A stretch of DNA of 64,000 nt from an uncultured virus (IMG/VR IMGVR_UViG_3300021247_000307) (lineage: Duplodnaviria > Heunggongvirae > Uroviricota > Caudoviricetes). Position 1 is the stretch's first letter. The number at the start of each line of letters is the position of its first letter. The stretch lies in IMG/VR virus record IMGVR_UViG_3300021247_000307; one strand, 5' to 3'. Shown here piece by piece: positions 35,978 to 46,343 of this stretch. The notes under the pieces are model-generated. The model saw only the letters and a list, made by a program, of their open reading frames with translations, did no database searches and was not told where the DNA came from. The translations under genes and the position numbers were made by a program.

Positions 35978-37327
35978 ATGAAAAATAACTTAATACCTAA
36001 TATTCAAAAGATAGGAAACTATTCATTTGATTCTAATAAAACAACTCCTGTATCTTCATTGTATCAACAACAATCTAAGAGTAAGGATAAAATATTATTA
36101 ACAGATGATTACAAACAAGTTATAAGAAACTCAGATGGTAGTTATAGGTATTATGACCCTAATGATAAAACTTCTAAAATAGAAAGTAATACTAAAAAAG
36201 AACCTACTTTATATAATTCAGTAGTAAATAAATTAAATGAATTAAATTTAAATCCTAAAAACTGGAGAGTAAGAGATTTATCTAATTTTAAAACAAGAGG
36301 AGAAGCTTTTAATGCTGCAAGAAATGATGGAGAAAAAGAATTTATGTATAAAGGTGCAAGATATAATACTAATTATGCAGGAACGTCTGAACAACAATTA
36401 AAAGAAACTGGTCTTACTAATGAACAGTTGCAAAATAGAAGTCCTTTAAATAAAAATCTTACTAAAAACTTATTTCCTTTTGGTTATAATAATATTACAA
36501 GTAGACTTATAAATGCTGGTATAAAGAATAATAAAGAAACATTAAGAAATATTTATGATAACAAAGGTGTAATTACTAAAGAAACTAATAAATATGATTA
36601 TAATTTTAATATTCATAATAATTTTACAGAATGGATGAAAGATCCAAAAACATTTAAACAAATTAATAATAGATTAGATGCTTTAAATCTATATTCAGGG
36701 ATTCCTCAAAAAAATAATACTTTTAAAATATCAGATTATAGACCATCTACTGCTAAAAATAAAAATGCAAATTATTATTCTTTTAATAATAACAATGATG
36801 TAATTGCAGATAGAATAGTATCCTATGCAAATAGTACTTTAGATAAATGGGCGGGTACAGATATACCAGTAGGAACTGAATATCTTTTACTTGATGGTTT
36901 AGATGATAAAGCTGTAATGGGTACATATAAAGTATCAGCTGGAAAAGATAAAAAAGGTAATTATTTATCTTATTACGATATATGGGATTTAAGTCCTGCA
37001 AATTTTGGTAAACCTTTTGAGATATATGATAGAGTATATACAAAAGATTATGGAAAAGATAAAGGTCATATAATATCTCAACTTCAAAGAATGTATTATT
37101 CTGATGATGAACTTTCTAAATTAAATCCTGATAAAAAGAATTTTGATACATTAGCTTTACAAAGAGAATTAACTAATAGAGGATATTCTTTACCAAAATC
37201 TGCAAAATCAGATGGAACTTTAGATGGTATACTTGGAGAAGAAACTAAACAAGCTTTATTAGACTATCAAAGTAAAAATAAAAAAATGTATGGAGGAAAA
37301 CTATTACCTTCAATAAATAAACTCTAA
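35978..37327 (+). CDS. protein with C-terminal peptidoglycan-binding domain (possible virion cargo)
   Basis: AFNAARxxGxKEFMYKGxRYNT motif; LQREL..GY..DGILGEET..AL..YQ; terminal MYGG. Confidence 0.7.
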   Translation: MKNNLIPNIQKIGNYSFDSNKTTPVSSLYQQQSKSKDKILLTDDYKQVIRNSDGSYRYYDPNDKTSKIESNTKKEPTLYNSVVNKLNELNLNPKNWRVRDLSNFKTRGEAFNAARNDGEKEFMYKGARYNTNYAGTSEQQLKETGLTNEQLQNRSPLNKNLTKNLFPFGYNNITSRLINAGIKNNKETLRNIYDNKGVITKETNKYDYNFNIHNNFTEWMKDPKTFKQINNRLDALNLYSGIPQKNNTFKISDYRPSTAKNKNANYYSFNNNNDVIADRIVSYANSTLDKWAGTDIPVGTEYLLLDGLDDKAVMGTYKVSAGKDKKGNYLSYYDIWDLSPANFGKPFEIYDRVYTKDYGKDKGHIISQLQRMYYSDDELSKLNPDKKNFDTLALQRELTNRGYSLPKSAKSDGTLDGILGEETKQALLDYQSKNKKMYGGKLLPSINKL

Positions 37328-37329
37328 CT

Positions 37330-37386
37330 ATGAAAATATTACCTAATACTCAAAGAATGTTGTTACCTTTACTAAATAAATTCTAA
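37330..37386 (+). CDS. micro-ORF MKILPNTQRMLLPLLNKF
   Basis: Fills the gap between genes exactly and repeats the hhPxxxK motif of its neighbours. Confidence 0.4.
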   Translation: MKILPNTQRMLLPLLNKF

Positions 37387-37388
37387 TT

Positions 37389-38015
37389 ATGGAAATAATG
37401 AAATACGGACTAGGAATAGTTGTAGGATTAATATTAGGAACAATTTACTTTACTGTATTCGATAACAAAGGATTAGATATAGAATTTGTTACTGATACTA
37501 AAGTAAAGAAAGAATACATTACTGTATTTAAAGATACTTGTGCTGTAGTACAAAATAAAGTATCTGTTACAAATAGTTACAGACCTGGAAAGTTAGTAGA
37601 TACTCAAGTACAAGTAGATAGTGTAATAGAATATAATGATACTACAATAGTAGTAGATGATAGATTAAGAACTTATTTATTAAGTAGCAGACAAGGAAGT
37701 GTATCTATATTTGATACACTAAATGTAAGAGGTTATTACATAGGAACTAAAAGAGGTATTAAATTAGATACCTTAGAGATACAGAGTATGTTTACTAATA
37801 CTGTTGTAGTAAATCCTGAAAGAACAATAGAATATGTAAAGATAGCTACTCCAGAGAGTAGTTTGTTATTTACAGGAACTATTTATACTAATAGAGATTA
37901 TGCTTTAGGATTAATGTATAAAACTAAACATAATCATGTATTAGGTATGCAGTATAATATGATAAGCAAAACAATATCGTTAACAGCTGGAATACAAATA
38001 ATAAAATGGAAGTAA
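37389..38015 (+). CDS. membrane-anchored protein, possible lysis/spanin-like component
   Basis: N-terminal TM, DT/DS-rich stalk, beta-strand C-terminus. Confidence 0.55.
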   Translation: MEIMKYGLGIVVGLILGTIYFTVFDNKGLDIEFVTDTKVKKEYITVFKDTCAVVQNKVSVTNSYRPGKLVDTQVQVDSVIEYNDTTIVVDDRLRTYLLSSRQGSVSIFDTLNVRGYYIGTKRGIKLDTLEIQSMFTNTVVVNPERTIEYVKIATPESSLLFTGTIYTNRDYALGLMYKTKHNHVLGMQYNMISKTISLTAGIQIIKWK

Positions 38016-38401
38016 ATTTGCTAACTGGAAAAGTTGGAAAAGAAGCATTATCAACACAAGGAGTAACTAAAATGAATTTTTGGGAAACTTATTTTAAGTT
38101 ACTTAGTCTTAGAAAGAATTTCAAGTTTGGAGATAGAGCATTAGAAACTATATCTTATATAATGGCTCAAGACCCTACTAGAAATTATTTTGCTAAACCT
38201 TACTCTGTAGATATTATGCAAGACTTAAGAATGAAAGCACCAAGACTTACACAAGTCAAGAAAGAATTGATGTCATTAAACTTAGTAGATAGTTATGGGT
38301 TTTTAAGTGATAAGTTAATAAAGTTTCATACCTTTGTAACTAATCAAGAAGATGTACAATTTGTATTCTCATTCCATATAAATAACTATGCTTCCAAGTA
38401 G
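38006..38401 (+). CDS. putative winged-helix protein
   Basis: 131-aa ORF with a helix-turn-helix-like segment. Confidence 0.5.
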   Translation: MEVNLLTGKVGKEALSTQGVTKMNFWETYFKLLSLRKNFKFGDRALETISYIMAQDPTRNYFAKPYSVDIMQDLRMKAPRLTQVKKELMSLNLVDSYGFLSDKLIKFHTFVTNQEDVQFVFSFHINNYASK

Positions 38402-38681
38402 TAAAAGTGATATATATTCAATGGTAGCTAATGATTGTGGTAAAAGTAAAGCTGTAGTAAAGTTTGTTATTCAAGACTTTGAACTAAAACTAAAACATAT
38501 ACTACGAAATCCACTAGAGAATACTAAATATGTACTACTAGAATGGCTTGGTAAGTTTAACTTAAAAGATAGGAAACTATTAGCTAAACGTAAAAAGCTA
38601 GAGATACACAGACCAGAAAGTAAAGAACTAGAATATATTAATAACATTATAAAAAAGTATTATGACAAAGAAGAGGCATGA
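38388..38681 (+). CDS. HU/IHF-like DNA-binding protein
   Basis: IYSMVANDCGKSKAVVKFVI..VLLEWLGKF. Confidence 0.6.
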   Translation: MLPSSKSDIYSMVANDCGKSKAVVKFVIQDFELKLKHILRNPLENTKYVLLEWLGKFNLKDRKLLAKRKKLEIHRPESKELEYINNIIKKYYDKEEA

Positions 38682-39303
38682 TAGACCTGCAATGAGTGTA
38701 AATGTTGCAGAATTTGCAGCTGCTAATTTTCCAGACCCTAATAGAAAGATTCTATTTACTGGAGTAGGTGGTGAATCATCAGAAATTGGTAAAGAGAATT
38801 TTGATTTAGCAAGAGTTACTGACCATTGGGAAAAAACAGAGCAACTCATTAAGGATTACAATAATAATATTACTACACTAGATGAAGATTATAAGAGTAT
38901 TACTCCAGTACATATTGCTGTAGTAAGAGCTTATCATATCGAAGCAACTAGAACTAAGTCAGGATTAATTATTGCTCCAAAGATTCCAATGAAGGAAATG
39001 ACACAGAATGGTATTGGTATTAGACAAACAATAGATTCACCGTGGGCATTTTCAAGAAAGTGTGTAGTAGTAGCAGTTCCTGAACACGTTACACATATTA
39101 AAGCTGGAGATATAGTAGAAATAAATAGAAGATGTGTATTAGCTGAAAAACCTTCAGTAGATACTCCAGCTCATTTAGCTCATGGATTTACTCTATCTGA
39201 TTGGTATGATTTTGAAGCACCAACAGATATTAGTAATAAACATTTTGGCTATTTAGCTGTAGACCCAATCAACGATGTTACTTTAATCATTAAAAAATCA
39301 TAG
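38662..39303 (+). CDS. GroES-like co-chaperonin-fold protein
   Basis: TRTKSGLII..VVVAVP..IKAGDIV. Confidence 0.55.
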   Translation: MTKKRHDRPAMSVNVAEFAAANFPDPNRKILFTGVGGESSEIGKENFDLARVTDHWEKTEQLIKDYNNNITTLDEDYKSITPVHIAVVRAYHIEATRTKSGLIIAPKIPMKEMTQNGIGIRQTIDSPWAFSRKCVVVAVPEHVTHIKAGDIVEINRRCVLAEKPSVDTPAHLAHGFTLSDWYDFEAPTDISNKHFGYLAVDPINDVTLIIKKS

Positions 39304-39305
39304 TT

Positions 39306-39602
39306 ATGCCTAAATTTGTTGCTAAAGCTGGATGTCACACCGTTAATGTGGGTGAGTTTATGACTGAACTTGGAGAGAAGTACATTACTACAGATGGTAA
39401 AATTGTACTTAATTACAGTACTGCTGTAAAACTTATTCAATTTGTTTACGACAAATCGAATGAAAGTTTTGTAGAATGTGAAGGTAAAGAATTACAAATT
39501 GGTTTACCTACAGGAATGTTTGGAATGATTCTTAAAATGGTATTAAAAACTATCGGTCTTGAAATTAAGTTTAGTGAGAAAGTATCTGATAAGGCATCCT
39601 AA
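39306..39602 (+). CDS. hypothetical protein
   Basis: 98-aa ORF. Confidence 0.6.
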   Translation: MPKFVAKAGCHTVNVGEFMTELGEKYITTDGKIVLNYSTAVKLIQFVYDKSNESFVECEGKELQIGLPTGMFGMILKMVLKTIGLEIKFSEKVSDKAS

Positions 39603-39792
39603 AGATTTATTCAAGGGTTTGGTTTTCATTGTGAAAGCCAAACTCTCTCTTTGGTTGATGACTGAAATGCACCCATTAGAAAAAGCTAGAAGGTGTAAAC
39701 CATGCTTTGAAAAGGGTTACTGTTTAGTATGTGGTTGTGATTTTGATGAAATGGTATTAACTAATAAAAAATGTCCTAATGGAAAATTTTAG
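39559..39792 (+). CDS. small Cys-rich zinc-binding protein
   Basis: CKPC..CLVCGC..CPNGKF. Confidence 0.65.
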   Translation: MKLSLVRKYLIRHPKDLFKGLVFIVKAKLSLWLMTEMHPLEKARRCKPCFEKGYCLVCGCDFDEMVLTNKKCPNGKF

Positions 39793-40150
39793 TAAAATAG
39801 TAGCAACAATAGTACAGAGTTTAATATACGCTAAGTATAAACATTGGACTATTAGAAGAATAGGAACTCATGAAGCATTAGCTGATTATTATGATGAAAT
39901 AGAACCTCTAGTAGATACTCTAGTAGAAATATATATGATGGATACGTTTAATATTGTACAACCTAAGTCTTTAGATATTCCTCCATCAGATGATGTAATT
40001 ACTTATTTTAGAGGTTTAAATAATATGATTAAATCAGCTATTGGTACAGAGAAAGATGAAGCTATTAAGAATGTAATGAGTGAAATATCTGCGAGTGTAA
40101 AACGTTGTTTATTCAGACTAAAACTAGACGAAATATATGTTGGAGATTAA
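39779..40150 (+). CDS. ferritin/Dps-like protein (DUF5856-like)
   Basis: HW..HEALADYYD..DTLVE pattern. Confidence 0.7.
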   Translation: MENFSKIVATIVQSLIYAKYKHWTIRRIGTHEALADYYDEIEPLVDTLVEIYMMDTFNIVQPKSLDIPPSDDVITYFRGLNNMIKSAIGTEKDEAIKNVMSEISASVKRCLFRLKLDEIYVGD

Positions 40151-40385
40151 TTTAGGTGAACACAAAGAGAATAGTGTAGCCACAACAACTATAACAGTTG
40201 ATGAACCAGTAGAACATACAGAAGTATCTTGTGGATGTTTATCAACTAGTTTTAAAGATAATACTGTAACACTAAATATGAGTGTTGGTAAAGTAAAGAA
40301 TCCTGATGATAATTTCTTTGATAGATTCGTATTATTAAAGATTAATACTAAGGAGTATATTGTTAAAGCAAGAGTAACAAGATGA
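40137..40385 (+). CDS. DUF1573-like Ig-fold protein
   Basis: INLGE..VSCGC. Confidence 0.55.
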   Translation: MLEINLGEHKENSVATTTITVDEPVEHTEVSCGCLSTSFKDNTVTLNMSVGKVKNPDDNFFDRFVLLKINTKEYIVKARVTR

Positions 40386-40969
40386 TTAAGATAAACTATA
40401 GAATACTAGACCAAGCTACTAACTTCTGGGAAATAAATCCACAGTTTAAGATATACTATCCATTTCATTTGTTGTATGATAAAGATAAATCTAAAGATAA
40501 AGATTTCTCATCACGACAAATGTGGACTGTATTCTTTATGTGTGACCCTGATGAACATGATAATATATTCTATAGAATGGCATTTGAAGAACGAAAGAAA
40601 ATGTTATCAGAAACTTTTGTTAAAGACATAGACTGGGATAATCCAGACTTTGTTAAATGTTTAGAAGCTTATCCATTAGAATGTATGACTGCTGTACAAA
40701 GAGCTTATGCAGAAGAAAAGAATCAATTAAGAAAAAGAGCTAAACTAATAGCTGATACTGAATTAACTTTAGATACTACAGAGTTTCTTGGAGATAAGAC
40801 TATAGTAATAAAAGGTACTGCAACACAGATAAATATGTTACAGAAAGATTCTCTATCTATATATCAAAAGTATCAAAAGATAGAAGAAGAATTTATTAAA
40901 GATAAACAATCAGCAAGAGCTAAAGGTGGTTCTAAACTAACTAAATCTGAAAAAGGAGACTTATGGTAG
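40382..40969 (+). CDS. conserved crAss-like protein upstream of TerL (possible small terminase)
   Basis: NFWEINP, DKSKDK..SSRQMW, C-terminal KGG..SEKG. Confidence 0.55.
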   Translation: MIKINYRILDQATNFWEINPQFKIYYPFHLLYDKDKSKDKDFSSRQMWTVFFMCDPDEHDNIFYRMAFEERKKMLSETFVKDIDWDNPDFVKCLEAYPLECMTAVQRAYAEEKNQLRKRAKLIADTELTLDTTEFLGDKTIVIKGTATQINMLQKDSLSIYQKYQKIEEEFIKDKQSARAKGGSKLTKSEKGDLW

Positions 40970-41502
40970 AAATACAAGTTAAACTGGTAAATAATAATAG
41001 ACCAGGAAGAAAGTTAAAAGAGTTGAAAGGTATTATAGTACATTGGACTGCTAATGTAAAACCTACAGCTGGAGCAGAATCACATTTAAAATACTTTGGA
41101 CATACTACAGTACAAGCTAGTTGTCATTATGTAGTAGATGATAAGAATATTATACAAATGATTCCTGATAATGAAGTAGCATGGCATGTAGGTGATAAAC
41201 CTAGACGTGCTAATCTACCTATTAGAAGGCAATTAGTTCCAGCTGGAGATAGTGCTAATAACTATTTTATTGGTATAGAAATGTGTGTTAATACTAATAG
41301 TAATTATGCAGATACACTAAAGAATACTAAATATCTTATTAATGTATTATTAGCAAGACATAAGTTAACTATAGATAATGTTTATAGACACTATGATATA
41401 ACAGCTAAAGATTGTCCAATCATGTATCAACCTGATTATGTTGAAATGCAATATTTTGATTGGTCATGGATAACATTTAAAGAATATGTCAGAAGTAGCT
41501 AA
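40963..41502 (+). CDS. N-acetylmuramoyl-L-alanine amidase (Amidase_2), endolysin
   Basis: IIVHWT, ASCHYVVD, EVAWHVG, IGIEMC, RHYD..KDCP. Confidence 0.92.
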   Translation: MVEIQVKLVNNNRPGRKLKELKGIIVHWTANVKPTAGAESHLKYFGHTTVQASCHYVVDDKNIIQMIPDNEVAWHVGDKPRRANLPIRRQLVPAGDSANNYFIGIEMCVNTNSNYADTLKNTKYLINVLLARHKLTIDNVYRHYDITAKDCPIMYQPDYVEMQYFDWSWITFKEYVRSS

Positions 41503-43804
41503 AATAACTACTTGCAATAGTGAGTGGGATTTCCAATGGATTAGAATAGAGGACTTAGAAGGAATACTCAATCAATTTAAACCTGAAAGATATCATCCTG
41601 ATGACCCTCGTTATAATCTATTTTGGCAAACTATTAGGTCTAAATGTATAGAAGGCATTTGGTATCCACAGTTTGGTCAATATAGATATGTACCTGGAAG
41701 ATTAGGATTCTATGGTAATTACTGTACTATTGTAGAAACTGATAAGAAAACAAAAGCTAGATTAAAACTTAAACCTAGTATTAGAGATATAGAATGGCAT
41801 ATTGCTTATTATTATCTTGAAGCACAAGGATTTTCAGGATTTGAAGATGATGATGAATATACTTGTAATTTTAAAGTATTAAATCCTGATGCTTATCATA
41901 TAGTATTAGAAGAAAAGATTACACTATTTAATAAGAAAGGATTATTAAAAGAATTTATACATCCTAGAGATTATCTATTTCAACTACATGATAAACCATT
42001 AGGCAGACCATTATATTATAATGATGCTAAGAACTTTGTTATACTTGGTTCTCGAGGTGGTGGTAAATCATATACTGCTGCACTAATGTGTATTCTATTT
42101 GAATTAATATTCGATGGAGAGAAGTATTATAAACCTGGAGATACTAGAAGGGAATTAAAAGCTGAAATAGATTTAGGTTCAGGAAGAAAAGATAAGTCTA
42201 GTGAACTAGCTGAAAAGATAGAAGCATCATTAGATGAGTTAGCATTAAATCATGAGTTTGGAGTATGGGGTAAACCTGGAGATGAAGAATATGAACCGTG
42301 TCCATTTTGGAAAAGAATGACTGGTCATATTAGTGCTAATAACAAAGATAATCCGTGGCGTAATACTACTCCAGTAAAGATTAAAAATGAATGGAAAGAA
42401 ATAGGGACTGGTTCTACACTATATCATAATGTTTATTCTACTAATAAAAGAGATGGTGGACAATCAGGAGCTGGTGGTAGAAGAAATCTTATAGTATATG
42501 AGGAGATAGGATTAATGGAGTTATTCATAGAAGCATGGTTATCAAATACAGCAGTAGTTAAAACAGATGGTGAACAATTTGGTGTACAATGGGGAATTGG
42601 AACTTCAGGTAATATAGAAACATTACATGATGCTATGAAGATATTTACGCATCCTGAAGATTATAATTGTTTAAAGTTTAGATATGGAGAACAAGACCAA
42701 TGTTTATTTCTACCAGCATACATTACAGATAAGAGATTTAAAGATATAAATGGTAATACAGATATACCTAAAGCTATAGCATTCTATCAACAAGAAGAAA
42801 AAAAAGCATCTAAATCTACAGACCCTAAAGTATTAATAAGACAAAGAATGAACTATCCATTGAAAATCACAGATATGTGGTTATCAGAAGGTGGTTCATT
42901 AATGCCTATAAAAGAAGCTGAAGAAAGAGAAAGAGCATTAATACATGATAATACTTATCAAACATTAGGTTCAGCTATAGAATTATATTGGGATAGTGCT
43001 GCACAATATGGAGTTAATTATCAGATTAAAACAAATGGTAAACCAATCTATGACTTTCCAATTAAAGCTGGAGATGAATTAGGTGGTGAATTTATGATGT
43101 ATATAAGTCCTGATAAACTAAAGATAAATGGTGTTATTCCTAATGATGCTATTATTATACTACATGACCCATATATATCAGATGAGATGGATAAAGGTGG
43201 TTCATTAGGTGCTGCTTATTATATTGTTAATCCTAAGTATGAAGTATATGGACTTCCAGGAAATGATATGGCTGCTACATACATAGGTAAAAACTTAGAT
43301 GGTATAGATAGATATAATGAGATACTAGAAATGGGAATGGCACTATATGGTAATCCAGTTAGAAACTTATGGTATGAAGCTAATAGAGGAGATAGACTTA
43401 GAGCTTATTTCTTAAAGAAAAAGAAAGCTGATTTACTATGTCTTAGACCACAATTTGAACAAGGTCAATTTATCTATTCAAGAACTGTAAGTCAAACTGG
43501 ATATATAGTAGGAAATAGTCTTGCTAAAATATCATTAATAGATGCTTTAAGAGATTGGCTTTTAGAAAAAAAAGAAATTAATGGGATAGAGTATTCTAAC
43601 TTAGAAAGAATACCATGTATATTTACCGTTAGGCAAATAAAGAGTTATACACTAAAGGGAAACTTTGATGGTGTTTCAGCGTTGTTAGGAATAACATTAG
43701 CTATCGGTGAACAGAATCATAGAATGATGAATAAATCGAAAACTGTAGCATTGCAGACAATACGTAATCATATAAATAATAGATGGAAGCGGTATTCAAC
43801 TTAA
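41486..43804 (+). CDS. terL: terminase large subunit
   Basis: Walker A SRGGGKSY, Walker B YEEIG, GTSG, nuclease HDPY..SLG, YEAN, GNFD. Confidence 0.9.
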   Translation: MSEVAKITTCNSEWDFQWIRIEDLEGILNQFKPERYHPDDPRYNLFWQTIRSKCIEGIWYPQFGQYRYVPGRLGFYGNYCTIVETDKKTKARLKLKPSIRDIEWHIAYYYLEAQGFSGFEDDDEYTCNFKVLNPDAYHIVLEEKITLFNKKGLLKEFIHPRDYLFQLHDKPLGRPLYYNDAKNFVILGSRGGGKSYTAALMCILFELIFDGEKYYKPGDTRRELKAEIDLGSGRKDKSSELAEKIEASLDELALNHEFGVWGKPGDEEYEPCPFWKRMTGHISANNKDNPWRNTTPVKIKNEWKEIGTGSTLYHNVYSTNKRDGGQSGAGGRRNLIVYEEIGLMELFIEAWLSNTAVVKTDGEQFGVQWGIGTSGNIETLHDAMKIFTHPEDYNCLKFRYGEQDQCLFLPAYITDKRFKDINGNTDIPKAIAFYQQEEKKASKSTDPKVLIRQRMNYPLKITDMWLSEGGSLMPIKEAEERERALIHDNTYQTLGSAIELYWDSAAQYGVNYQIKTNGKPIYDFPIKAGDELGGEFMMYISPDKLKINGVIPNDAIIILHDPYISDEMDKGGSLGAAYYIVNPKYEVYGLPGNDMAATYIGKNLDGIDRYNEILEMGMALYGNPVRNLWYEANRGDRLRAYFLKKKKADLLCLRPQFEQGQFIYSRTVSQTGYIVGNSLAKISLIDALRDWLLEKKEINGIEYSNLERIPCIFTVRQIKSYTLKGNFDGVSALLGITLAIGEQNHRMMNKSKTVALQTIRNHINNRWKRYST

Positions 43805-46317
43805 GAGAAAAAAATAAATCAGAAGATTGGTATAAAAGCGTAATGAATACTATCGTACCTTTTAATAATACCAATATGGAATCTTATGAGAAGTATAGAC
43901 TAATCTATGCTATTCTTAATAATGATGGTAGTGTATTGTTCAGACAATTATATGAGTTATGTAATCCTGAAGGAGATATGTTTAAGTTGCCATTTGAACA
44001 AGATAGAGAGATAGTTATCTATAATAGATTATATCCTAAGTTCATGTATCTTGTTGGACAAATGCTTAAACGAGGTGATAACTTTGATGTATTATTATTA
44101 TCTGATAGAGATAATGCTGCAAAAGATGCTGAACTCAAGAAAGTATTAGAAGCAGCAATCAATCAAGAGTTAATGATATTTCAAGCACAACTAGAAGCTG
44201 GAGGTGCTAATGCAGAACAGATTGAAGAATCTATGCGTACTATGCCTAAACCTGAAGATATAGATATAAAGAATTTTAAGAGTGAAATGGAAATATTCTA
44301 TAATGATGTTGTAGAATACTTTAAAGTAAAGTTTGATATTAAATCATTAAAATCATTATCATTTAAACATGTACTCGCAGTAGATAGATGTTTTATGGTA
44401 GTTATAGAAAAGAATGGACAACCGCATCCAATGGTATTAAATACACTCCATTGTGGTTTTCATAAGAATAGTAATGAAGAAAGAATAGAGAAAGGAGATT
44501 ATTGGTGGTATAGAACACCAATTACTGTTACAGAAGCTATTGATGAATTAGAAGGTAAAGTAGAAGATGATGTACTCGAAAGACTACGAGGATATACTTC
44601 ATCTAATTATTTAACTCCTAATGCTGCATGGGATATAACAAGTGGACAAGCTAAATCTCAATATAATTATCTTAGTGTAGAAGAAGGAATGGAATCTAGG
44701 TTTCATGACAATAGATACATAGGACAATCAACAGGAACATCTGGAGATAGAAGATATAGAGCTAATCAGTTAATATGGAAAACTTACTTAGAGTTTAAGG
44801 CTTATAGAGAAGTTATATTTCTTACTATGTTTAATGAATACAATGAAGTAGTTACTGAAGTAGTAGATAGTAAATATCCTATTCCTGAAGATGCAGCTAC
44901 TACATTTATTATCAATAGATATAATCAGAAAGCTAAAAGACATGAATGGATAGATGAATTTGGTAATGTAGTATATGCTGAAAAGATGTATATACCTAGA
45001 AGATATGAAATAACCAGATATGGTTATGATATATTTACTGATATGAGAGAAGTTCCTAATCAACCATTATCTATTGATAATCCTTATGATTTTGAGTTAT
45101 CTTGTAAAGGTAGAATATTCTCAGGATTAAATGCTGAATCTATATCATTAGTAGAAAGAGCATTACCATCACTATTACAATATACATTTGTTAAAGACTT
45201 ACAAAATAGAGAGTTAGCTAAATACGAAGGATATATAAAAAATATTGATGCTAGTCAGATTCCTGATTATCTAGCTATGGATGAAAATGGTAATCCGTTA
45301 TATGAAGGTGCTGATAAACTAAAAGTATGGAGATATCTAAGACGTACACTAGGAGATAGTTATTATGACCCAACAGCTACTACATCAGGATTACCAAACA
45401 ATCAGAGAACTACAGCAGTAACAGCTGAACAAGCTGGTTCTATTGGTGAGATAGTTAATATGCAACAGTTGTTAGATTTGATAGATAGAGAAATGGGAAT
45501 GCAAATGTTAGTACCACCACAAGCTGAAGGTATTTATTCTCCAAGTTCTAATGTATCTGATAATCAACAAGCTATAGCACAGTCATATACTATGGCTGAA
45601 GAATATTTTAGATTACATCAATTAGTAATAAAAGAAACAGTAAATGAATATGTTACACAGTTTACTAATTATTATAGAAGATTCTTTGAAAACAATCCTG
45701 AAAAGACTGAAACATTCCTAAACTATGTTACTAGCGATGGAATGAAAAAGACTATAAGAATTAAACCAGAGTTATTAAATCATGAAGATTTAGGAATCTT
45801 TATTCATGATGGTGATTATAATGAAAGGTATCGTCAAATGATGACACAAATGATACAACCATTAGCACAAAATGCTGGAGAAGGAGCTGAAAGAATATCA
45901 GAATTAGTTATGGCAATGACTAGAGGTGATAGTCCTGAAAAAGTACATAAGATGATTGCTGCAGCAGCTAGAGAACAAGAACAAAGAATGCAGCAGCAAC
46001 AACAAATACAACAACAAATGCAAGAGCAACAATTACAAGCTCAAGCACAAATGAAACAACAAGACCATAATAATAAGCTAGAACAAATCACTTTAACTAA
46101 ACAAATGGATGCTGAAATAAAAGCTATGGATGTCTATAAGTTTACTGATGATTTGAACCAAGATAAAGATGGAGTTCCAGACCATATTGAAGCTTATAAA
46201 GCTATGAGAGGATTAAGTCAAAAAGATAGAGAGTTAGATATTAAAGAGAAAGATATTGCTACTAAAGAAAGAATTGCAAGAATTTCTAAAAAAGAGAATA
46301 CTAAGTCATCTAAATAA
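43783..46317 (+). CDS. portal protein
   Basis: 844 aa directly after TerL; IYNRLYPK..LVG, SLV..LQY, Q-rich C-terminal barrel, DxDxDGVPD. Confidence 0.85.
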   Translation: MEAVFNLREKNKSEDWYKSVMNTIVPFNNTNMESYEKYRLIYAILNNDGSVLFRQLYELCNPEGDMFKLPFEQDREIVIYNRLYPKFMYLVGQMLKRGDNFDVLLLSDRDNAAKDAELKKVLEAAINQELMIFQAQLEAGGANAEQIEESMRTMPKPEDIDIKNFKSEMEIFYNDVVEYFKVKFDIKSLKSLSFKHVLAVDRCFMVVIEKNGQPHPMVLNTLHCGFHKNSNEERIEKGDYWWYRTPITVTEAIDELEGKVEDDVLERLRGYTSSNYLTPNAAWDITSGQAKSQYNYLSVEEGMESRFHDNRYIGQSTGTSGDRRYRANQLIWKTYLEFKAYREVIFLTMFNEYNEVVTEVVDSKYPIPEDAATTFIINRYNQKAKRHEWIDEFGNVVYAEKMYIPRRYEITRYGYDIFTDMREVPNQPLSIDNPYDFELSCKGRIFSGLNAESISLVERALPSLLQYTFVKDLQNRELAKYEGYIKNIDASQIPDYLAMDENGNPLYEGADKLKVWRYLRRTLGDSYYDPTATTSGLPNNQRTTAVTAEQAGSIGEIVNMQQLLDLIDREMGMQMLVPPQAEGIYSPSSNVSDNQQAIAQSYTMAEEYFRLHQLVIKETVNEYVTQFTNYYRRFFENNPEKTETFLNYVTSDGMKKTIRIKPELLNHEDLGIFIHDGDYNERYRQMMTQMIQPLAQNAGEGAERISELVMAMTRGDSPEKVHKMIAAAAREQEQRMQQQQQIQQQMQEQQLQAQAQMKQQDHNNKLEQITLTKQMDAEIKAMDVYKFTDDLNQDKDGVPDHIEAYKAMRGLSQKDRELDIKEKDIATKERIARISKKENTKSSK

Positions 46318-46343
46318 AATTAATTGATAAACATAAAATATAT

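Noticed and set aside
45935..46070. CAA/CAG-rich repeat
   Set aside because: It encodes the ordinary Gln-rich portal barrel
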